Shown piece after piece: positions 1-9,207 of a stretch of 64,000 nucleotides of DNA. The translations under genes were made by a program, and so were the position numbers. Source of the DNA: a virus; IMG/VR virus record IMGVR_UViG_3300025872_000050, positions 1 to 64,000 of that record; one strand, written 5' to 3'. How positions within the stretch are numbered: position 1 is the first letter of the stretch; each line of letters begins with the position of its first letter. Under the pieces are notes generated by a model, which did not search any database, was not told the origin of the DNA, and saw only the letters and a program-made list of their open reading frames with translations.

Positions 1-3000
1 TCGGACGACCGCGCGGCTGTGCATTTTGCCGTCGCCGAGCTCTACAACTACTACGCTCGCACGGCGAGCGACACCGGGCTCACCAACACAGATTCAATCG
101 CTCGAGCGCGGCCAGCGTACGGATTGGAAGACGCAGGCCTCACGACTGTGCAGAAGGTCCAGTCAGTATTCCAACAGTCTTACTTCTATGACGTGGCATA
201 TAGCCCCGGCGAAGATCAGTGGCTCGCTGCAGGAACGAGGCCAGGTGTTGCAACTGGCGACGTGCTGTGGACAGCAAGCGATGCTCGAGGGCTCTGGACG
301 GTACGTAATATCGCAGCATTCACGACCACTGACTGGGTCGCAGAAATCGCTCGTAATGAGGCTGGAGATGTATGGGTCGTCACCGGCGTAAACGGGAAAA
401 TCGCTTACAGCTCTAATGGAACATCGTGGACGACCGCAGGCACTAACCCGTTCAGCGGCACTACTGCTATCTACTCCGTCGAATGGAGCTCTGCAGAATC
501 CCAGTTTGTTGCAGCAGGTCAAAACGGAGAGCTTGCAACTAGTCCGGATGGAAACACGTGGACAGCTAGAACGAGCTCATTCGGTACCGATATCATCCGC
601 GAGCTTGCGCGCAGCGAGAGCCTTGATCTCTGGGTGGCTGTCGGAGCTGCGGGAAAGATCGCAACAAGCTCGAACGGCACGGCATGGTCACAGCAGACTT
701 CACCGTTCACGACCGAGGTTATCTACTGTGTCCATTGGAGCGAGTCAACAGATAGGTTTGTCTGCGGCACGAATGCTGGGCAACTCGCGTATAGCGACAA
801 CGGGACTGCATGGACGATCACAACTGATCACCCGCTAGCTGGTTCTGACACTGTCTACTCGATCCACCATAACGAAAAGACAGGAGCAGATAGCCTCTGG
901 GTCGCGACGACGAACTCCGGCAAGATCATCGTCAGCGCCAATGGTATCTCATGGCGACTCTTTGCTACGCCTGCGATCACCAAGCCTGACATCTGGTCGG
1001 CTAAGTTCAGTGATGAGCGTTCTCAGTGGTTGATCGGCGCGGGCAATTCAGGGACAGATCAAGCTACTCTGTACACGATCGATGGAGTCAAGTTCGGAGA
1101 CTCTATCACCGTCAGTGTCGGTGGAGCGCCTCAGAACTACAACCGCACTCTCGCCGATTCGGGCCTCAACCCGTTCACGACGCCTGCGCTTCTAGACAAC
1201 TTCAACCGCTCAGACGGCTCTCTCGGATCGAACTGGGGAACGTTCAACGGAAACACTGCTCTCCAGATCTACAGCAACACGCTGGTCGGCCCTGCTTCTG
1301 CAGACGGTGTCAGCAGGTGGACTGCTGGCCAGTTCAACGCCGACGTCTTCGCCTATATCGAGATCCCGTCGGGCGTCTCCAGCCCTGCACGCTACGAGCT
1401 CTACACCCGTGCGCAAAACGACGGCACGGGAACTGCAGCAGAGTGGGAGATCGTCTTCAACGAGGACGATGGCCAGATCATCTGGTATCGCCGGTACAAC
1501 AACGCCGTCTCGAGCGCGCTGAAGACGGTGCAGTTCCAGTCCGCAGCTGCCGGCTTCGCCGGGTACAAGCTCGGCATGAAGACCATCACGCTGAACGATG
1601 GCGACACTGTCCGCAACGAGGCATGGGTCGACTTCAACAACGGGCGCGGCTGGACGTTCATCGACGCCTACGAGGAGTCCACGTCGACTCGCACTGTCCT
1701 GCGGAACGGTGGCTACGTCGCTGTCGGGATGTACGGCGGTGGCTTCACGTCGACCACCAGATACGCAGACAACTTCGGCGCGCAGAATCTCTTCCGCGAT
1801 CAGCTCGTCGCCGTACCGATCCGCCGCCTCCAGGACGACGGCCTCGCTGCTACGCAGGACTACCAGGCGCTCGTCCTCGCCGACACGCCGCTCGCCTTCT
1901 GGCGGCTCGACGGTGCCTCGCGCACCGACGACGAGACGGCGAACAACTACAACCTGACCGAGGTCGGCACCAACTTCACTAGCGTCGACGGCCTCACCAA
2001 GGGCACCGACGGCGCGACGCACTTCACGAACCGCGTCGCGACCGGCTACATGGAGCTGACGGACAGCACCGTCGTCGACTTCCCGGGCACGGCGAGCTTC
2101 TCGGTCGAGGCGTGGTTCGACCCGTCGCAGGTCGACTCCACGTTCAGGCGGATCCTCTCGTGGTCCGACGAATCGGACGCCAGCACGAACGGCTACCAGC
2201 TCGTCTACCAGTCTGGGGCCATCCTCGGTGTGAGGCGCACCGCCGGCACGGATCGCTGGGCCGACACGACGGACATCACTGTCGTGCCGTGGCGGCGCTA
2301 CCACGTCGTCATGACGTACGACGGCAGCAACATCCGCATCTACGTCGACGGCGTGCTCAAGGATACGCAGGCGGACACCAACTCGCAGGGCGCGTACGGC
2401 GGCAAGCTCCGCATCGCGGTGGGCCAGTTCGGCGCCAACTCGATCTTCGGCGCGATCGACGACGTCGCGGTCTACGATCGGACGCTCACGCTCGCTGAGA
2501 TCGAGGAGCATTACGTCTACGGCGTCGGCGGCGTCACGGACTCGCTGAGCGAGAACGCTGTTCGAGCGCTCTCCGACTACGGCATCACCTCCGGCGAGGG
2601 TCGTCCGTCGGTCCTCTTCGCCGACGACTTCTCCGTGCAGCGCTGGGCGGCCTCTTCGGGCTCCCCGACTCGAGTCACGTCGCCCGTCCACGCCCCGGAG
2701 CAGTACAGCCTGGAGATCAACCCGTCGGCGTCGAGCGAGTACGTCTACTACTCGCCGTTCGGCGGCACGCCAACCCGCGTGGTCGCGGGCTTCTGGTGGA
2801 GGATGCCCTCGCTGCCGGGCGCCAACGCGACGATGATCGGCAAGATCGACGCCGGCCCGACCGAATGCCGCATGCGCGTCGACTCGTCTGGCGCCGTGTT
2901 CATCGCCGCCGACGGCACGCCCTCGATGGCGAGCGTCTACCTCGGCTCTGATCTGGTGGCGGGGACCTGGTACTGGATCGAGATGATGATCGACAAGAGC

Positions 3001-6000
3001 GCGAACCCGTGGGTGTTCCGCGCTCGCATCAACGGGACGACGTTCTCCACGTCTGGGGCCGCTGCCGCCAGCAACTGCGGCGGCGACTTCCTGATGCTCG
3101 GCAACAACGAGAACGAGACGTTCTCCAGCAACTTCAGCTACCCGGTCTACGCCACCGCGTCTTCCGCAACCGATTGGCTCGGCCCGCAGCAGCCCGCCGA
3201 CTTCTTGCTTCGCACCCGTATCGCTCAGCTCTCCGATGCTGGGCTTCAGATCACCGAATCGGTCTCCGTGCAGAAGCTTGGCCAGTCCATAAACCTCTCG
3301 GACACCGGCCTGACCCAGACCGACTCGATTCGCAAGGCCGCCTCCAAGGCGATCAGCGACATCGGCCTCGGCCTGCGGGACCTCAACGCGTACGGCAACG
3401 ACAACACGTACTACGGCATCACCGGCGCCGACCCCACAGCCCTTGACATCACGGGCACCGAGATCACCGTCGTCTCCTACCACAAGAACAACGGTGGCGT
3501 CGGCTCTGGCAACGGCACCATCGTCGGGAAGAACTCTAACGGCACAGTCCAGTACGGGATCTTCGCGGGCGACGACTACGAGTACTTCGGCATCCAGGGA
3601 ACCACAGCCTCTGACCCGTCGCCTGTCGAAGGTGTCATGCATCTGGCTGCTGGTGTCATGCGCGGCACGGGCACCGACCAGTTCGAGTTCTGGAAGAACA
3701 AGAACCTCGTGGCGACCGCCACGCGGGGGTCTGCGATCCCGGACACTTCGAACGCCGTCTGGTTCCTCGTCACCAACGGGACGTTCAACTCCCACACGAC
3801 GTCGTGGGTGGCGATCTGGGACAAGGCGCTCACGCCGAACGAGATCGCGCGCCTGTCGATGGGCGAGGATCCCAAGAGCATCCAGGGCGCCAACCTCAAG
3901 GGCTACTGGAAGATGGGCTTCGGCAGCCCGGTCCCCGACCTCTCGGGCAACGGCAACAACATCACGCTCAACGGACACAGCCCGAGCGGCACGAGCTGGT
4001 TCCTCGACGGCATCTCGACGCAGGCACGCCGCGCCGTAGCGGACACCGGCCTGACCCAGACGGACTCGGTCGCCATCGCCAAGGTCCTCGGTCGCGCCGT
4101 CTCGGATACGGGCCTGACCCAGAGTGACTCGCTCGCGGTCAACAAGGTCGTCTCCAAGGCGCTCACTGACTCCGGCCTGGGCATCACTGACTCGCTCGCT
4201 CGCAACAGCGTTCGGGTCAAGAGCGACACCGGCCTGACTCAGACCGACTCGCTGCTCCGCATCCGAGTCCTGACCAAGAGCGATACGGGGCTGAGCCAGA
4301 GCGACGTCCTGGCCGAGCGCATCCAGCACGGCATCAGCGACACCGGCCTGACTCAGACCGACTCGATCGCTGCGCAGAAGGCGCTCGGCAAGGTCGCCAG
4401 CGACACGGGCCTGACTCAGACCGACACGCTGGCGCGACGCGTCAACCGAGCCGCCAGCGACACGGGCCTGACTCAGACCGACTCGGTTGTCCGGTCGGTG
4501 GTCCGAGTTCGAAGCGCGACGGAGACGGGGCTGAGCCAGACCGACTCGCTGCTTCGCACTCGAGTCCTCGTTCCTAGCGACACGGGTCTGACTCAGACCG
4601 ACTCGATCGTCAGGCTCGCGCTTCGAGCTCGGACCGCGACCGACACGGGTCTCAGCCAGAGCGATACGCTGCTCACGCTTCGGGCTCGAAACGCCAGCGA
4701 CACCGGCCTGGTTCAGACTGACTCGCTCAGCGTGCAGAAGGCGCTCGGCAAGGTCGCTAGCGACACCGGCCTGACCCAGACAGACTCGCTGCTCCGCACT
4801 CGTGTCCTGACCGAGAGCGACACGGGCCTGACCCAGACAGACTCGCTGCTCCGCACTCGCGTCCTGACCCTGAGCGACACCGGCATCAGCCAGAGCGACG
4901 TCCTTGCCGAGCGCATCCAGCACGGCATCAGCGATACGGGCCTGACTCAGACCGACTCGATCGTCGCAGCACGGCGGTTCGGCAAGGTCGCCAGCGATAC
5001 CGGCCTGACTCAGACCGACTCGCTGCTTCGCACTCGCGTCCTGACCGAGAGCGACACCGGTCTGACCCAGACTGACTCTCTGCTTCGCACTCGCGTCCTG
5101 ACCGAGAGCGACACCGGCCTGACCCAGACCGACACGCTGCTTGCGCTTCGGACGAGGATCGCGAGCGATACGGGCCTCACGCAGACCGACTCGCTCGTCG
5201 CAGCACGGCGGTTCGGCAAGGTCGCGAGCGACACCGGCCTGACTCAGACCGACTCGCTCACGCGATCCCTGGCTCGGACGACTAGCGACACGGGCCTCAC
5301 CAGCAGCGACTCGCTCGTCGCGACGAGGGTGCTGGGCAAGACGCTGAGCGACACGGGCCTCACGCAGACCGACTCGCTCGCCACTTCGAGCGGCACCAGC
5401 GTCTCGGACAACGGGCTGAACTACAGCGACGCGCTGGCTCGCCTCGTCCGTAGGGCGGCGACCGACACGGGCCTGACCCAGACAGACTCGCTGCTCCGCA
5501 CTCGCGTCCTGACCAAGAGCGACACGGGTCTCAGCCAGAGCGATACGCTCACCGCGACGAGGGTGTTCGGCAAGGCCGCGAGCGACACGGGTCTCAGCCA
5601 GAGCGATACGCTGCTCGCGCTTCGAGCTCGGACCGCGACCGACACGGGGCTGAGCCAGAGCGATTCGCTGCTCGCGCTTCGGGCTCGGACGGCGAGCGAC
5701 ACGGGCCTCACGCAGACCGACTCGATCTCCGCTACGAGCGGCGGGAGCCTCAGCGACGCGGGCCTGACCCAGACGGACTCGCTCGTCGCGACAAGGGTGC
5801 TCGGCAAGGTCGCGAGCGACACGGGCCTGACTCAGACCGACACGCTGCTCCGCGCTCTGAGGCGCGCTCCCAACGACAACGGCCTCACTCAGACCGACTC
5901 GCTTCTCCGCATCCGGGTCCTGACCGAGAGCGACACGGGGCTGACCCAGACGGACTCGCTCACCCGCAACAGCGTTCGGGTCAAGAGCGATACGGGCCTG

Positions 6001-6765
6001 ACTCAAACCGACTCGATCGCGCGTGTCGCGCTTCGAGCTCGGACCGCGAGCGACACGGGCCTCACCAACAGCGATTCGATCGCGAGGCAGCTGCTCGCGA
6101 CGAGGCCGCTCTCGACGACAGGCCTCACGCAGACGGACGCCATCGCCGCGACGAGCGGCGGGAACCTCAGCGACACCGGCCTGAGCCAGACCGACTCGAT
6201 CACGAAGCGGCTCTCTCGATCCACGAGCGACACCGGCCTGAGCCAGACCGACTCGATCACGAGGGCCCGCGCATCGGCGCTCAGCGTCACCGACTCGGGC
6301 CTGACCGGCGCGTACTTGCTCGAGGCTCTGAACCACGCGTACCGGTCTCTGGAAGATCAGGGCACGTCGCACGGCGAGACCTTGAACGCCAGCAAGCAGT
6401 CGGGCCAGACAGAGCTCAGCGACACGGCCCTCTCGTTCTCGGACACGCTCGCTAAGGTCGCGGCGCTCTACCGCTCCGCGACGGACGCAGGCCTGTCGCA
6501 GACGGATACGCTGCAGGCGGTCGTCGGCATCGGGCCCACGGACGTCGGCCTCGTCATCGTCGACTCGCTCGGGCGGCAACTGATGGCGTACCGGCTGCCC
6601 ACGGACGTCGGCCTCGCGATCTCCGAGACCCTCGGCACCACGGGCAAGCGCACGCCGCGTCGGGCGCACGGCCTCCCGCCGCATCGGAGCACCGCATCGG
6701 GATCTGTGATCGGCGGAGGCGCCACCGGATCGTCCATCGGAAGCAGAGCAAGGGGGTTGACGTAG
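1..6765 (+). CDS. Giant virion fibre/adhesin-like protein (5'-truncated): BNR-type beta-propeller, several LamG/ConA-like sandwiches and a long 19-aa S/T-rich repeat array
   Basis: Frame is open from base 1; S-x-D/N-G-x-x-W BNR repeats; LamG motifs (FSVEAW, YHVVMTYDG..IYVDG, IDDVAVYDRTL); SDTGLTQTDS repeats. Confidence 0.75.
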   Translation, partial: SDDRAAVHFAVAELYNYYARTASDTGLTNTDSIARARPAYGLEDAGLTTVQKVQSVFQQSYFYDVAYSPGEDQWLAAGTRPGVATGDVLWTASDARGLWTVRNIAAFTTTDWVAEIARNEAGDVWVVTGVNGKIAYSSNGTSWTTAGTNPFSGTTAIYSVEWSSAESQFVAAGQNGELATSPDGNTWTARTSSFGTDIIRELARSESLDLWVAVGAAGKIATSSNGTAWSQQTSPFTTEVIYCVHWSESTDRFVCGTNAGQLAYSDNGTAWTITTDHPLAGSDTVYSIHHNEKTGADSLWVATTNSGKIIVSANGISWRLFATPAITKPDIWSAKFSDERSQWLIGAGNSGTDQATLYTIDGVKFGDSITVSVGGAPQNYNRTLADSGLNPFTTPALLDNFNRSDGSLGSNWGTFNGNTALQIYSNTLVGPASADGVSRWTAGQFNADVFAYIEIPSGVSSPARYELYTRAQNDGTGTAAEWEIVFNEDDGQIIWYRRYNNAVSSALKTVQFQSAAAGFAGYKLGMKTITLNDGDTVRNEAWVDFNNGRGWTFIDAYEESTSTRTVLRNGGYVAVGMYGGGFTSTTRYADNFGAQNLFRDQLVAVPIRRLQDDGLAATQDYQALVLADTPLAFWRLDGASRTDDETANNYNLTEVGTNFTSVDGLTKGTDGATHFTNRVATGYMELTDSTVVDFPGTASFSVEAWFDPSQVDSTFRRILSWSDESDASTNGYQLVYQSGAILGVRRTAGTDRWADTTDITVVPWRRYHVVMTYDGSNIRIYVDGVLKDTQADTNSQGAYGGKLRIAVGQFGANSIFGAIDDVAVYDRTLTLAEIEEHYVYGVGGVTDSLSENAVRALSDYGITSGEGRPSVLFADDFSVQRWAASSGSPTRVTSPVHAPEQYSLEINPSASSEYVYYSPFGGTPTRVVAGFWWRMPSLPGANATMIGKIDAGPTECRMRVDSSGAVFIAADGTPSMASVYLGSDLVAGTWYWIEMMIDKSANPWVFRARINGTTFSTSGAAAASNCGGDFLMLGNNENETFSSNFSYPVYATASSATDWLGPQQPADFLLRTRIAQLSDAGLQITESVSVQKLGQSINLSDTGLTQTDSIRKAASKAISDIGLGLRDLNAYGNDNTYYGITGADPTALDITGTEITVVSYHKNNGGVGSGNGTIVGKNSNGTVQYGIFAGDDYEYFGIQGTTASDPSPVEGVMHLAAGVMRGTGTDQFEFWKNKNLVATATRGSAIPDTSNAVWFLVTNGTFNSHTTSWVAIWDKALTPNEIARLSMGEDPKSIQGANLKGYWKMGFGSPVPDLSGNGNNITLNGHSPSGTSWFLDGISTQARRAVADTGLTQTDSVAIAKVLGRAVSDTGLTQSDSLAVNKVVSKALTDSGLGITDSLARNSVRVKSDTGLTQTDSLLRIRVLTKSDTGLSQSDVLAERIQHGISDTGLTQTDSIAAQKALGKVASDTGLTQTDTLARRVNRAASDTGLTQTDSVVRSVVRVRSATETGLSQTDSLLRTRVLVPSDTGLTQTDSIVRLALRARTATDTGLSQSDTLLTLRARNASDTGLVQTDSLSVQKALGKVASDTGLTQTDSLLRTRVLTESDTGLTQTDSLLRTRVLTLSDTGISQSDVLAERIQHGISDTGLTQTDSIVAARRFGKVASDTGLTQTDSLLRTRVLTESDTGLTQTDSLLRTRVLTESDTGLTQTDTLLALRTRIASDTGLTQTDSLVAARRFGKVASDTGLTQTDSLTRSLARTTSDTGLTSSDSLVATRVLGKTLSDTGLTQTDSLATSSGTSVSDNGLNYSDALARLVRRAATDTGLTQTDSLLRTRVLTKSDTGLSQSDTLTATRVFGKAASDTGLSQSDTLLALRARTATDTGLSQSDSLLALRARTASDTGLTQTDSISATSGGSLSDAGLTQTDSLVATRVLGKVASDTGLTQTDTLLRALRRAPNDNGLTQTDSLLRIRVLTESDTGLTQTDSLTRNSVRVKSDTGLTQTDSIARVALRARTASDTGLTNSDSIARQLLATRPLSTTGLTQTDAIAATSGGNLSDTGLSQTDSITKRLSRSTSDTGLSQTDSITRARASALSVTDSGLTGAYLLEALNHAYRSLEDQGTSHGETLNASKQSGQTELSDTALSFSDTLAKVAALYRSATDAGLSQTDTLQAVVGIGPTDVGLVIVDSLGRQLMAYRLPTDVGLAISETLGTTGKRTPRRAHGLPPHRSTASGSVIGGGATGSSIGSRARGLT
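4039..6630 (+). repeat. Coding tandem repeat, ~57-nt (19-aa) unit, roughly 45 copies
   Basis: Recurrent agcgacac(c/g)ggcctgac(c/t)cagaccgactcg, encoding SDTGLTQTDSLxRxRxxxx. Confidence 0.95.
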
Positions 6766-7118
6766 TGGTATCCCATCCCTTCCTTGGCCAGACCGAGCGG
6801 CTTCGGGTCGAGTTCACCGACTTCAGCGGAGATCCGATCGATCCTGCTACGGTGACGCTCCGCATCCTCAAGCCCGACGGGACGCTGGTCACGTACGACT
6901 CCAGCAGCGGAGTCACCAACGACCCGACACCCACCGAGGGAGACGGCGTCTTCTACAGGGACACGCTCATGGACCAGGTCGGAGACTGGCAGATCCGCTG
7001 GGAGTCGACGGGCGGCCTCAACCCTGTCACGCAGTACGTGGTGGGCGTCCGGCCGTACCCGTTCACCGGCACCGCAGTGATCGGGCTGCAGGACAGCAGC
7101 CCAGCCCAACCCGCCTAA
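6765..7118 (+). CDS. Small virion structural protein (BppU/Ig-like fibre-anchoring type)
   Basis: Coupled to the fibre gene; pattern 'EFTD..G.PIDP.TVTLRI.KPDG...G.F...D..G.W..RW'. Confidence 0.55.
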   Translation: MVSHPFLGQTERLRVEFTDFSGDPIDPATVTLRILKPDGTLVTYDSSSGVTNDPTPTEGDGVFYRDTLMDQVGDWQIRWESTGGLNPVTQYVVGVRPYPFTGTAVIGLQDSSPAQPA

Positions 7119-7130
7119 AGAGGAGGGGAC

Positions 7131-7373
7131 GTGTACGTCATCGAAACGGACGCGCCGTGCTCACGGTGCGGACAGCAGCACAAGTACGTCACGACGATGT
7201 GCCAGATGTGCGTCTGGCAGGACGGGCTGACGGCCCACTTCGTCGCGAGCAAGATCGAGGGTTCGGTCGTCCGGGAGATCGAGGCGCTGCCTCCTGACAT
7301 CCCGGTCACGATCTACGCGCACAAGAACGGCAGGCCGGACCCGACGATCCCGAAGATCGCGAGCACGCTGTGA
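7131..7373 (+). CDS. Hypothetical protein with two CxxC motifs
   Basis: GGAGG RBS before GTG; CSRC and CQMC. Confidence 0.6.
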   Translation: MYVIETDAPCSRCGQQHKYVTTMCQMCVWQDGLTAHFVASKIEGSVVREIEALPPDIPVTIYAHKNGRPDPTIPKIASTL

Positions 7374-7666
7374 GCTGGTCGAAGGTGGTCGACACGACGC
7401 CCGAGAAGCTCGCCGCAGATCTTCATCCGAGCTCCACGCCCGACGAAGGCGACTTCTCCTTCGCCGAGGCGATGGAGCAGTACGAGCAAGCTCGACGCGC
7501 GGTCAAGAGGATCGTGGACGGTGGGGCCGTAGGCTCCGGACCGATCCGCGTGATCCTCTCGGGTCACGCGAACGAGGGCCATGAACAGCCCGGCCGGAGA
7601 GGCACCGATCGTGCTCCGGATCGCGTGACAATCTCGATCATGAGAATGGAGGCCGCGGATGGCTGA
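7370..7666 (+). CDS. Hypothetical protein
   Basis: GTGA overlap with the upstream gene; overlaps the portal start. Confidence 0.6.
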   Translation: MSWSKVVDTTPEKLAADLHPSSTPDEGDFSFAEAMEQYEQARRAVKRIVDGGAVGSGPIRVILSGHANEGHEQPGRRGTDRAPDRVTISIMRMEAADG

Positions 7667-9206
7667 GGTCGACACAACCAACCTGAGCGAGATCGCCCGC
7701 GGTCGCGGGACGAAGCGCAAGCAGAGGATCACCACTCGCGATCAGGGGCCGTCCCTGAAGGTGATCCACGACACCGGCCGCATCGTCGATCGGTACCTCA
7801 TCAACAACGCGATCGGCGGGTTCGACCCCGACCGCATCACGTTCAAGCAGATGCGGATGATGCGCCGCGATCCGATGATCGCCTTCGGGCTGCACTTCAT
7901 CAAGAGCGTCATCGTCAACGCGAACTACCACTTCGAGTCGACCGATCCGCAGGTCGCCGCGTTCGCCAAGAACGCCTACGACAGGATCCACGCCCGGCTC
8001 ATCTTCCAGATGCTCACGGCCCTGGAGTTCGGGTTCGCGCCCATCGTCCTCCGGTTCGAGCTGGACAGCCCGGACTGGAAGTACACCGACGAGAAGGGCG
8101 ACGAGAAGCCGGTCTGGGACGCGCCCGCTGGGACTCGGGCCCTCGTCTGGGCCCAGCCTCGCGGTCTGAAGCCCGAGGGCGCCGAGGTGCAGTTCAACGA
8201 TCACGAGGAGTACGACGGCTTCGAGCACGTCGGCTACTCCCTCACCGCCGACGGCGGCACCGGCAAGATCAGCCCCGACGCAGCTCACTCGCTCTGGTTC
8301 ATCAACCAGCGCGACGACGAGTTCGGCAACTGGTACGGCTACCCGAGGACGGGCTACGCCTTCAAGTTCTGGTGGAGCAGCACGCTGCGGCAGCTCCTGG
8401 AGGATCGGCACTTCGAGCAGGACGCCGACCCCGCGCTCGTCGTCAGGGTCCCCGAGGGCACGAGCCCGCATCCGGTCACGGGCGAGGAGGTCTCGAACCA
8501 GGACATCGGACTCTTCGTCGGTCAGGCCCTGCGCGACGGGTCGACCATCGTCATGAGCTCCGAGACGTACGTCGATGACACGACGGGCCGACCGTCGGGC
8601 ACGTTCCAGTGGGACGCGAGCTTTCTGCGAGGAGGCGAGAACCTCGGCGCGTTCAGAGCCAGCAACGAGTACCTCGACGTCATGAAGCTTCGCGCCCTCT
8701 GGGTCCCGGAGCAGGCGCTGATCGAGGGCAAGGGCGGCTCGGGGTCGCGCAACGTGGCCGCGACGTACGGCGAGGCGTTCGTGAGCTCGCAGGCTACGCT
8801 GGTCGAGGCGATCGATCAGGCGATCAACAGCTACATGGTCAAGGACCTCGTCCGGCAGAACTTCGTCGACCCGCCGGAGGTCAAGAAGATCACGACCGGC
8901 TTCAAGGAAGAGGACCTGTCGCTGGCCATGGACATCATCCGCATCCTGACGAGCCAGGATCCCGCGTCGCTGCAGCTCGACCTGCGCAAGCTGATCCAGG
9001 CCGTCGGCCTGCCGCAGCTCACGCTCGAGGAGCAGAAGGCTCGCGACGACGCGCTCGGTCCGGTGAGCGGCGGTCAGCCGGGAGAGCAGCCTCCGACCGG
9101 CGAGACCGGAGGCATCGGTGGAGCGCCGCAGCCGCAGAACGCCGTCCGGCAGGCGGTGAGCCCGCAGGACAGCGCCGCCGGCCCAGTCGACTACGGCACG
9201 GTCTAA
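7659..9206 (+). CDS. Portal protein (Mu gp29/DUF935-like)
   Basis: 515 aa; 'MRRDPMI', 'ALEFGFAP', 'GNWYGYPR', 'GSRNVAATY', 'INSYMVKDLVRQNF'; lies upstream of protease and capsid genes. Confidence 0.85.
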   Translation: MAEVDTTNLSEIARGRGTKRKQRITTRDQGPSLKVIHDTGRIVDRYLINNAIGGFDPDRITFKQMRMMRRDPMIAFGLHFIKSVIVNANYHFESTDPQVAAFAKNAYDRIHARLIFQMLTALEFGFAPIVLRFELDSPDWKYTDEKGDEKPVWDAPAGTRALVWAQPRGLKPEGAEVQFNDHEEYDGFEHVGYSLTADGGTGKISPDAAHSLWFINQRDDEFGNWYGYPRTGYAFKFWWSSTLRQLLEDRHFEQDADPALVVRVPEGTSPHPVTGEEVSNQDIGLFVGQALRDGSTIVMSSETYVDDTTGRPSGTFQWDASFLRGGENLGAFRASNEYLDVMKLRALWVPEQALIEGKGGSGSRNVAATYGEAFVSSQATLVEAIDQAINSYMVKDLVRQNFVDPPEVKKITTGFKEEDLSLAMDIIRILTSQDPASLQLDLRKLIQAVGLPQLTLEEQKARDDALGPVSGGQPGEQPPTGETGGIGGAPQPQNAVRQAVSPQDSAAGPVDYGTV

Positions 9207-9207
9207 G

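Noticed and set aside
4039-6630. Regularly spaced DNA repeats resembling a CRISPR array
   Set aside because: In-frame coding repeats with synonymous variation and recurring 'spacers'; no cas genes
1210-6684. 1824-aa minus-strand ORF, and other long antisense ORFs such as 13913-16654 and 25246-27333
   Set aside because: Shadow frames of high-GC plus-strand genes; R/A/V-rich with no motifs or RBS
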